Virus record (IMG/VR): IMGVR_UViG_3300027917_000040
Coordinates: 8,944 to 72,943 of that record
Strand: one strand, 5' to 3'
Length of the DNA: 64,000 nucleotides
DNA from: a virus
Position numbers and translations under genes: made by a program. The notes below the pieces were generated by a model, which was given only the letters and a program-made list of their open reading frames with translations, did no database searches and was not told the DNA's origin. This document shows positions 12,401-20,400 of the stretch, one piece after another. The stretch's first letter is position 1. The number at the start of each line of letters is the position of its first letter.

Positions 12401-14444
12401 TGAAACTAGATATGACTTGGCCTATTACGAATCTAATATTATTGGAACACAACAAAATTTACTTTTTTATCCAACCCTGACAGAGATTAATAATTTCTTA
12501 GTTGATTTTATTGTACTTGAAATGACAGATGATCCTACTGATCTTGAAACTCTCACTTATGGTAATATTGGATATCTCTTCAATCAGGTTGGAGTTTTAA
12601 CTGATGGAACTCTCGCAGGATCTGGAACATCTATTATTGGTATAGGTACTACTTTTGGAGCGGCTAAGATTCTTATTCAAACGGGAGCAGCAAATACATC
12701 ATATTATCAATTTAATGAGATAACATTACTTAGAAATGGTCTTGATGGTAACAATTCTGCACTCATAGAATATGGAGAACTTACAACATTCAATGAAAAT
12801 AATGAGGCAACTCGTGGTATAGTGTCATTTACATCAAATATTAATCCAGTTACTAATGAAATAGATTTAATAATGACACCTTATAATGATTTAACTGATG
12901 ATTATAATGTAAAAACAATTACAATAGGAATTGGAAACACTAATTTTACTCAAGTCGGAAGTTTAGCACTTGAAACCGGAGAAGCACAATCTTTTAAAGC
13001 AAGTGGTATTGGAACAGATATACCTGAACCAGTTAATATTTCTCTTTATAATACTCAATATAAATGTTCTTACTTATTCCCATATATTGTTGGTGTTAAT
13101 ACTGGTTCTAAGCAGACTGTTAGATATGGTGAAAGAGAGCATGGAATATCAGATTGGTATGCTTTCGATGATGGCACTGTTACATATTCCGCAATATATC
13201 CTAATACTCAAATAGTTGGCGTAAACACTTTAGGATATAGAACAGTAGTTGTCGAAACTGGAAATGACCCACAAAGAGGTACTATTGGAATAACATCAGG
13301 ATTCTTCTATTATGGAACGAAGCCAATTCATTTAATTCCACAAGGAGAACAATGGAAAATGGCACCAGTTTCATACGCTGGTACAATATTTGGTAATTAC
13401 ATTAGAGATCGAGGATTTACAGGAGCAGCATCTTACTACATTTATTCACCATTTGAAGATGCCACTGTCAATCAATATGATGATGATCCAAATGGCATTC
13501 TTGGTATAGCATCTGATACTATAACTATTGAAAAAGGAGGTGTTGGTGTTGTAACATCGGGTGTATTAGATGGATGGGTATACTTTGATTCGGATGCTGA
13601 TGTTATAATAACTGCTGCTGGTCCTAGTGATAGAGATAAATCAATTTTAGCACCTTCACAAACTGGAATAGGAACTACATCATATAAGTATTTTGTCGGA
13701 CTTACTCAGATTCCTAGTACAGAAAACTTTATTACTGCTTATGGAAATTTCCCAACAGGAGTAACAACTTCTAATGCATATGTAGTTGGAGAGCCACTTA
13801 TTGCTGTACAAGCATCTGATGGATCGGGAGATGATGATATCCAGGGAATTTTACCAGATTTTATTTCATCTGCCTATTCATGGGGAGAAGTTTTATCAGA
13901 TTATCAAATAGCAGCTCCATATGGAGATACAATTATAGAAGTTTCATATTGGAATGGATCCGAATGGGTAGTTGGAGAAACACACAATTTGTTAGGTGGT
14001 GATTTTGAAACTCCCCAGCAGGTGATAAGAGACAGTGATTCTGGATTTGGAAAATGGGGAACAAATGTTAGCGGATCCTCGACAAATTTCGCGGATGATG
14101 CAAATCTCTGGAAATTTATAGGTACTAAACCATTTGCATTATTTGTGAATGATTCAAATGATGATGAAGAAACTCTTCTCGGATTTAGCAGTACTACTTT
14201 AGAAAGACCTCTAAATATAGAATATAGGGCAAGTGAAATACAGATGATAAATGATCAAGTAAATTCATACATGTCCGAATACGGAGTTATTACAATTGAA
14301 GCGAAATCAAAAATATTCGGAGATGCTGGAATTGGATCATTTAGAACTCAATTAGTTGGATCAAATACTATTTTGCAGTTTGTACCGGCACCTCTATCCT
14401 CTTTTGAAATTCGTGGTTACCAAATTAACGTAGGTCGTTTCTAA
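3495..14444 (+). CDS. gp7: giant baseplate wedge protein (gp7-like, N-terminal part), 3649 aa
   Basis: Follows gp6. FYSSKGTDTSFKILF, HSPIVGWAYDGNPIYGPYGY..DLDESNGRYCITPDYPNG (YHYH-like region) and DSDFYQYFSYALKS..LNHTAGFKRF motifs typical of cyanophage gp7. Confidence 0.8.
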   Translation: MNNSNVKISSIVEYQLPEFVNVEYPLLAEFLKEYYRSTEVTFGSNDLLSNIANYIKIDNLSEIVDTFYLYNDKTFNITRILKDSTTILDDQRLVKITTLQPHNFVDGDLVDIILDNPDIGSGLNDLIDNDSNLSFKGSRFKVTIVNETEFFLNNSGSGISDRNIEDPQGLLGKVTKSDINFDDDEIVIYTKVNSKKSLPLFYGLVSIDDEIILYKSIEPNPFTVVVDGETYPAYKLLDCSRGFSGVTSLGEGLQDELIFESTVASSHLNRSEVINLSSIFLKQFLKKIKYQYLPGFENSELNEELNENIFIKQSRDFYSSKGTDTSFKILFAALYGEDVNIIKPRDYLIEPSDANYRVVKDLVVEALEGNPEDLINRTLFQDSNTFIKSAKGTVSSVERIVRSNKEYYVISIDDGYERDINFRGTLFNDFSIHPKTLSVQFIESGSTVIDVDSTIGFPESGNLVVKTIDPFTDTELTYNISYESKTLNQFLQCKTIGEVVKNIVNPIYSNSEVYSDAYAYGFVGQNSDELVRVRISGVISEFEQQEKTFLYEAGNKIRIRSLGLESTSLRDNKWIFNIPISYTVKEAFLEDSFNLIYRISFEDDIDFYKYNNFIVEEDSQALAEITEVVSNKTALFRFNKVMGTPLVNFSVPELINKTLTRKYSKSSILNYPDLNIYNTNVLNTYIDEDKSTIVASASLPSYAGNLEIKDRSIIGRLYFGKKTTTGQDKNDKLFSDGTIDYSYFTVFAPNASGVEIAVKHGFYTGDEVVFRSVDPTNSPFPDGVYYVRDFRSFGDLYGLQLSSSKSNILNERFIFPQTSENSNVPLVSFNNISGVSEGSIQIYDFSIVDFNSEDNFQPKLLGPQNLLRKISDPILDSVKYETNSGPVGIFVNGTEILNYKSNDTIFFGPIESVEVISPGYGYDVINPPELSIRDFGGAKLKYDAKRSTPPSFQGKQIKFGVTDDLDPITYGGTDGTPIIIGGKSLVLGEEQLFVGQTDGNFIRINNLILSLGGVGGTPLSIGGEGGFEARVGADNVTLGNIGSGCVIYPTVVGELEKIDILYQGFNYRGIPNIQITGGNGKNAIVEPIMESFEYFAEFLPSSTFIDTQNYTIGFSTYHNFENFEEVVYIPPKNNSLGGLEAKSRYFINVVDQFTVKLHKSKEESVSGISTVNITSTSIGLHSLKSVKNKSKIGSLNVINPGKGFTNRKTTTTPENVNIITNIIKVLNHGYSSGELIVHTSSGTPIGGIEENKSYYVTKVDDNNFKLSKIATEGNIQKSFFYDTKQFVNLTSTGTGTHFFNYEPIIVSIKGFIGVSTSGNQDLNAKIRPVFRGSIESIFVSESGDKYGTNEILNYSRQPEIVNVKGNNAVLLPLLNEEDGSIREVVILNQGKNYISTPDLIVRGDGIGAVLTPNIKDGKIISVNIIYSGIGYNKNNISIDIVTRGEGLKVFCSIKDWNVNLLKRSQETGLETDDAGFVFSGLNENYGLQYTHIHLPDDLRKIVYTKDLATGNNTVDFNADRDVIKKHSPIVGWAYDGNPIYGPYGYGNGESGSIRAMKSSYRLKPGFERSNGPSFNVYPNGFFVEDYIYDESIGGDLDESNGRYCITPDYPNGVYAYFCTLDTNSSLEDGKGYLPKFPFVIGNTFKSRPIAFNFDKKSNQNDININSLQWYRNTSPYKLVNKIGSDYKYLLIPNKIKDPISEVKFASFGEIETVDVIVSGNDYKVGEKIKFKNADVIGQDATANISAIEGREIREVSIARSTFTNVEFTKIDNGTELIGFTDKPHNYTSGDIVSISTPIERIVFKDINFNNNNLFLNKPVPVRAETGITTYFEVSGNLSYPTIRENDIYTLPSIGSNDPEQVKVLNIDQKNKVIRVQREYNNVSSSSGIGTGGRLTENSRKFSCNLGIQTYYNYGINYQIYFDSSQVGLGTISGPGITSSVNLPYRDTTFIPIKSIFLPEHGLITNEEIEYSTEESDPRIRFSVDGNITNDILPERVFVVKLNDDVIGLSTVKVGLATTGNNFEFRNIENLNDNNDPLLSFIEASGNNHKFSTLRKNLIKAKVSQNIVKVSTSSTHGLSTNDIITIEVQPKNTKEVVVEYNDNSSLLVVNPRTFLPSDVDIESNTFTVVNHDYTTGDKVLYKSDSPIVGLSDNEIYYVVAINRNEFGLANSFYESQKEFPEFIRITSATQGTFYSINPKINAIIGQTIKFDLSSETLSFTQGSSPVRIPAFSFDLFYDLNFNHKYTSASDSSFFDVNKIGSIGVDASASLEVKIKNTTPLNLYYKLTPLNISGNPTSKLKIFIDQEQPNNNKIQIVKSKYDGTYSIFGPIDRNSSLPPFLYPEFKYQIPTNPEEESYDLDSAVINYTTTSKNAFGPISKVKIDNKGRYFYRLPSKTEIISSSGTGGIVSANSKNIGTIKTVNIRDIGFDYPSDLSLRPIVKLPTIYKVEPLYSIDNILIVNNGINYFQSPNIAVVDSKTGQEIKDILLRYSLGDNFVTILQNTKNLSNVVPRLVPINNTNGIPILLNAGEPIILDIANNSDTAEVIAATDNAELDDDAEENEFSLPDSLPFTNLTTIQVFLATEYSSIFDFPFELGDLVLIEDVVTIEEVNGGTSKGFNSSSYNYSFYKVVRRDPNIGGSGGSITLDFSGKIADEDLLIASDSDSYKVDVIFSQASKVVPVKYFPTYKVTLLKNNFIIDEELINDTGKSLGIVEQWDNQNDYIKISERLIFNEGDTIIGQTSKTKANLLTKIEFDAGYKTNSSSTVNKGWELETGKLNEDLQRTNDSDFYQYFSYALKSKIPITKWDETVGSLNHTAGFKRFSQLEIESSSKDFSGITTSQNEGEVFGISDISSVVSVNCVYDFDLVRELNFGSNPTKSNELVFNSRILQDYIESVSNRVLSIDDISKNFNPIPRDTTFSIVARSDSTEIRSRKFFFYAQDRRFVNDKQMSLFTTIHDDVNVYHGQYGRLETRYDLAYYESNIIGTQQNLLFYPTLTEINNFLVDFIVLEMTDDPTDLETLTYGNIGYLFNQVGVLTDGTLAGSGTSIIGIGTTFGAAKILIQTGAANTSYYQFNEITLLRNGLDGNNSALIEYGELTTFNENNEATRGIVSFTSNINPVTNEIDLIMTPYNDLTDDYNVKTITIGIGNTNFTQVGSLALETGEAQSFKASGIGTDIPEPVNISLYNTQYKCSYLFPYIVGVNTGSKQTVRYGEREHGISDWYAFDDGTVTYSAIYPNTQIVGVNTLGYRTVVVETGNDPQRGTIGITSGFFYYGTKPIHLIPQGEQWKMAPVSYAGTIFGNYIRDRGFTGAASYYIYSPFEDATVNQYDDDPNGILGIASDTITIEKGGVGVVTSGVLDGWVYFDSDADVIITAAGPSDRDKSILAPSQTGIGTTSYKYFVGLTQIPSTENFITAYGNFPTGVTTSNAYVVGEPLIAVQASDGSGDDDIQGILPDFISSAYSWGEVLSDYQIAAPYGDTIIEVSYWNGSEWVVGETHNLLGGDFETPQQVIRDSDSGFGKWGTNVSGSSTNFADDANLWKFIGTKPFALFVNDSNDDEETLLGFSSTTLERPLNIEYRASEIQMINDQVNSYMSEYGVITIEAKSKIFGDAGIGSFRTQLVGSNTILQFVPAPLSSFEIRGYQINVGRF

Positions 14445-14463
14445 AAGGCAATAAAGATTTAAA

Positions 14464-17400
14464 ATGACAATTATTAACAGCGGCACTGGTTTTTTTATCG
14501 GAAGAAAATTTGATGTCCAACTTAGTGCCGAATTGAGGCATAAGGGTGATCTAATTTTTGAACGAACTTTTAAGGGAAACGATTTATCCGTAGTAGATAC
14601 TACTAATAATAGATTATTTTTAAATAATCATTTTTTCAAAACAGGAGAAAAATTAGAATATCAGTTTCCAAACTTTGAAAACGCTACTGAATCAAACTCC
14701 AATGCTATTGGAATAGCAACAACAAGTATTATAAACGTTGGTGTTAGTTCAAGAGTTCCAAGAACAGTATTTGCAGTTGTTTTAGATGATCAATTTATTC
14801 AACTAGCACAGACAAAAGAAGAAGCACTAAGAAGAGAACCGAAAGTTTTAAACTTCACAAATGCTGGAATTGGAGCATCTCATAGACTTATAGGTGAAAA
14901 GCAAAATACTAGAAGTTTAATTACTGTTGATAATGTAATACAAACACCATCAATTGATACTGAAATAAAAACTACATTGTTAGAAGATTTTTCCGGTGCT
15001 TCTGATTTTCTTCTTGCCGTTGGTATAACATCATTCTTTACTGGTGATTTAATTAGAATTGGTAAAGAATTGATGAAAATTGAATTAATTGGTGCTGGAA
15101 ATACCACTAGTATGATTGTTAGAAGACCAATTTTGGGAACTGGTCTTGAAGATCATTTAGCGGGAGACGAAATTGTAAAACAAACTGGAGCATATCAAAT
15201 TGTTGGAAGTACTATATATTTCCCAGTCCCTCCATTCGATAAATCACCAACAACTGATTTAGAAAGAAGAGATCCAGAAGATAGAGATTATGTTGGTCTT
15301 GAAACTTTCTCATCATTTAATGGTAGAGTATTTTTAAGATCCGGTTTTGAAGATACTGAGATTGGACCATATGATAATAACTTCTTACTTGATGATATAT
15401 CTAATCAATTTTTAGGAATTTCAACACAAGCAATATTGAAGGAAAAGGGGCAAAATATATCTGGATTTTCTACTGGTGGAGCACTAGTATTAATTAATAA
15501 CGTATTTCAGACACCAGATTTTATAGATTACGGATTAGGAGAATCTTCTGGAATAACAACTATTAGCTTTACTGGATCCAAAAATAGTAATCTAGAGGAT
15601 ATTAATACTGCTTCGATACCAAGAGGTGGAATTATTATATCAGTAGGAACTAATGAAGCGTATGGATATCAACCTCTAGTTTCTGCGGGAGGAACAGCAA
15701 ATGTTTCCGGTATTGGAACAATATCTAACATATCTATTGGTTATACTGGATCTGGATATAGAGCACCTGAAAAACTTGTTCTACCAACAAGAATAACATA
15801 TCCAACATTTTCTGATAGTGGCGAGTTTTTCTTAGAAGATACTGAAGGACTTTTTAAGAAATTAAAATTATTATTAACTGGTAAAAAATCAAAATGTCTT
15901 TTATCTGTCGAAAATAGTGTCGGTATTACTAATGAAAATAAAAATGAATATACTTTAATTACATCAATAGGTGCTGGAAATTCATCGGTAATTATTGGAA
16001 ATCCAACTGATGCATGGGATGAAATTGAAGATTTTTCATCTTATCGATTTTTTGCAGATACTACGGTAACTCAGTCATCTGGAATTGCTACTGATATTAT
16101 AAAGGTTGCTGATATTGCTGGAATATCTACAGATATTGGAGAGCCCACTTACTATTTAAGTTTAACTAGTGTCGCTAATAATATAGAAATTATAGGTGTA
16201 GACGATACATTTAAAGAAATAAAATTAGATCAACTTACCGATGCAGGATTTGTAGATAACTCAACAGTAACATATAGCACTTTTAGAGCTGGAATTACAT
16301 CCACAAGAGTTGGTGATAATGCTATAATTACCGTAACTGAACCAAATTTAGGTTTGGTAAACATATATGTAAATGCGATAAAAGAATCTATTGCAACGCA
16401 AGCAGATTATACGCATCAAACTGGAATTGTAACCATTACTGCACCAGGATTATCAGTTAATGAAGGTGATATTGTTGATCTAAGAGACTTTATTTACAAA
16501 TGTAATAGTGGTGGATCTCTTTTTGGTAGTGATGGTGGATCTAGTAATTTTAGAGTTGGAATTAATTCGATTACATCAAATGCTGTATCTTTTAGCGTGT
16601 TGAGTGCGGAATATGATCCAGTAAGTGGAATAGCAACTATTAACGTTGGTGTTGCTACCGGATATTCAAGTGGTGATAAATTCTTTATTGAACCAGAATC
16701 TCTTGGATTCAGTTGTACTTTAGATGCTAATGAAACAGTTTCATATTATCCCGGACCAAATGATGCAAACTATAATACACAATATGAAATTATAGAAACA
16801 ACTGCATCTACATTTGTTGTTGATGTTGGTCAAGCAGGATCAAATACATCTGAGCACACTTTTGAGAGGATTAGCCCTTCTTCTCTAAGTAATCCCTTAG
16901 AAGTTTCTACTGCAACATATGACTCTGCAAGTGGTCTTTCTACTATTACATTCACTTCTAGTCATGGTTTAGTTCCAAGTGATTCTTATGATGCTTTATA
17001 TGTTGAATATACATCTGCTGGGGTAAATGCTGGTCTTACAACTATAGCGATTACTGATACTTCTCACCCTTTACAGATAGGTGATAAAATTCTCCTCTCT
17101 CAAGACTCTCTCGGATTTACTTGTGATTTGGGGCCACAAGTTACTTATTACCCAAGATCCACCGATCCACTAGCTGATACATTTGCAACGATTACTTCTA
17201 TTGGTGCAACTACAATTGAATTTAATGCCGGTGCAAATGGTGGAGGAACACACGTCTTCGTTGGTGTAAATACGAATACACCCAAACCAATTAAAGTAAA
17301 AAATGGAGATTACATTTTCCTTAAAGAAGAAGGTTTAACATTTAGTTGCACCTACAGTGGAGGGGGTACAGGATCGTATCCAAGAGCAGTTGGTGGAGAT

Positions 17401-20400
17401 GGACAACCTGATTATGCTTATAATAGACTTCTGGAGGTCTTAGAAACTCCTACAGCAAATCAAATTGTTGTTTACACCGGATTTACTGAAGATCCAACTT
17501 TCCACGCTCCACACACCTTTGTAAGCGCAGATACCGATGCAGTAAGAGCGTCTACTGGACAAGCAAGATATTCTTCAGGTATTGTTACATTTACTACTGA
17601 CAGTGATGTAGATAATACATTAGTAACTGGCAATTTAGTTCTTTTCAAAGAGACGGGAACATTATTAGATGATAATATCTTTACAGTTACGGAGTCTCCA
17701 TTTACATTTAATGGGTCTATTAATGCATTTAGTATTGATACTAATGAACTGAATTTACCATCACCATTAACCGATTTAAATTCTTCTGGTGATTTTGTTT
17801 TAGCAACTATATCATTACCATCTCCTGGTTATGGTAATGAATATGAAATACTAGAGAAATTAAGTGATAACCAATTTATGGTAAATGTTGGAACTACAAA
17901 AAGGCGTCACATATATGTTGGTGGTGGTAAAGTTAAAAATTTAACCCGGTCTATAGAACCTATTCACATTGGAATATCAACAATAAATGATGGACACATA
18001 ACAGAACCAATTATAACAAATGTTGGATCCGGATTCACTCAATTTAATCTATTCAAAAGATTGAATGTTGTTGACGGATATACTTCAGGAAGCACAGAAT
18101 TAAATGTTGCAGATGTATCAGGAATAGACACTTATAAAGATTATGTTACTTTTCCAGAAAGTGGAATACCAGAGTATAGAAGTAGAATACTTGATATTGA
18201 TGAAGATAATAAAGTATTGACATTAGACCAGACTATAGCGTTTAATATTGCTCAAAATGTTAAGGTAGATATTTTAAGATTTGATGAGTATGATTTGGAT
18301 ATTGATGATCCATTATCATACAATAATTTGGATTTAATATACAGCAATGAATCAGTTCCTGGAATTGGAAGTTATGCTAAATGTGACATAGTTATAGGAA
18401 ATGATGGAAAATTAGAAGCATTTGAACTAACAAGATCCGGATATTCTTATGGACAAGGAGAAATTCTAACAGTTCGTACTGGAGGTGTAACTGGAATACC
18501 AACTTTTAGCGATATTAATGTTACTGGAATTAGCACTGCCATTGGAATATTTACTGGATCAATAGCAACTTTAAACGATAGGTTTGGTTTTAGAGTTGCT
18601 ACTAATGAAGATGGAACTCGAATAGCAGTTGGAGCACCATATGATGAACTCGATGAATCTGAGACAGAATCCGGTGTTGTTTACATGTTTGATAGAGTTG
18701 GTGATACGTTCACTCAAGTTGGTATTTTGACTGGAGAATTTGCATCAAATCAAGACGATAATTTTGGTTATTCTGTTGCTATGAATGCGGATGGAAGCAG
18801 GATTGTAGTTGGATCTCCTCTTGATGAAAATCCAGTATCTGGAATTCAAAGTGGTCAGGCATACGTATTCGATAGAACACCTGGACCAACATTTACGCAG
18901 GTGGGAATTTTAAGTGCTACTTTTGGTCAAGGGGAAGATAGACATGGTTGGAGTGTTGATATCTCTAGTGATGGTGAAGTAATTATAGTTGGAGCTTATC
19001 AAGATGAGTTTCCTGGATCAAGTACTTCCAGTGGCATTGTTTATGTTTACGACGGAAGTAATTTAGATTTTCCCTTAGTTGGAATTATAACAGGATCTCT
19101 TTCCGATGATATTGCCGATTTCTTTGGATATTCTTGCGCTATCAGTCCAGATGGTGGTTATATTGCAGTTGGAGCACTCTTTGATGAAGATACAAATGTG
19201 CCTTCCGATAATTTTGGAGTCGCATATGTATACACAAAAGTTGGAGTAGGTATAGCACAGGTTGGTATTTTAACATCACCAAGATTGAGTTCTACAAAAG
19301 CTAATGATTATTTTGGATATAGTATTGATATTAGTAATAACGGAAATATAGTGGCTGTTGGTGCAATAGATGATGCTAGTGGTATTAGTGGTAATATTAC
19401 AGGAAGAGTTTATATCTATGAAAAAATAAACAATGAATATTATTTTATCCAAACTTTGACTGGGGAGTTTGCTAACGATAATGGCGATAGATTTGGAGAA
19501 TCTATTTCCATAAGTGATGATGGAAGAATTATTGCAATTGGTGCAATGAATGATGAAAATACACTTACCGAGAATGAATCTGGTATAACATATCTATTTG
19601 AAAGAAGAACACAAAATTACTTAGGTGCCGATTACATCCAAGTTGGAGTACAAACTGGAACTTATTCATATAGTTTAACTGATAATTTTGGTGTTTCCGT
19701 AGCATTATCGAATAATGGAAATAATTTAATAGTCGGTGCTCAATATGATTCTTATAATGATGTTGGTATAGGAACTTCTGGGGTGGTTTATGCTTATGAC
19801 CTTTTAAGTGGAAATATATTTGATGAATTCCAAGTATTAATTGATCAAACTTTTACTGATGATTTTGCTGGATATGTATTTGGTGATTTGGTAGTATTTG
19901 ATGATATTAGTAGATTATTTAATGGAAAACGTGTAGAATTTCCAATAAGATTGAGAGGTATTCAAACTACATTAAGATCTCGTCAAGGTTCTAATCTTGA
20001 TATTAATTATAACTTAATAATATTTGTTAATGACATATATCAAGTTCCTAAAGAATCTTATGTTTTCGATGGTGGAAGTATTTTAACTTTTACAGAACCA
20101 CCAAAGCAAGGTGATAAATGTGTAATTGTTTTTTACTTTGGAACTACGGAAGTAGATACTAGAACTGTAGATATATTAGAAACTATAAAAATTGGAGACA
20201 TAGTAACAGTAAATAGTGATAATTTTAGTCTGCAGCAAGATCCACGAACTGTAACCGATGTAAGATCAACTGATATTATTGAGACAAACACTTATGTTTC
20301 TCCTGGATTAACTTTAGATGAATCTTTAAAAAGACCAATTACTTGGTGTAAGCAACTTGTTGATAAAGTTATTGATGGCAATGTGGTTGGAAAATCTAGA

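Noticed and set aside
14430-14470. Programmed frameshift joining the two giant baseplate ORFs
   Set aside because: The downstream frame has a TAA at 14452-14454 before its ATG, and no slippery heptamer with a stimulatory structure was seen.
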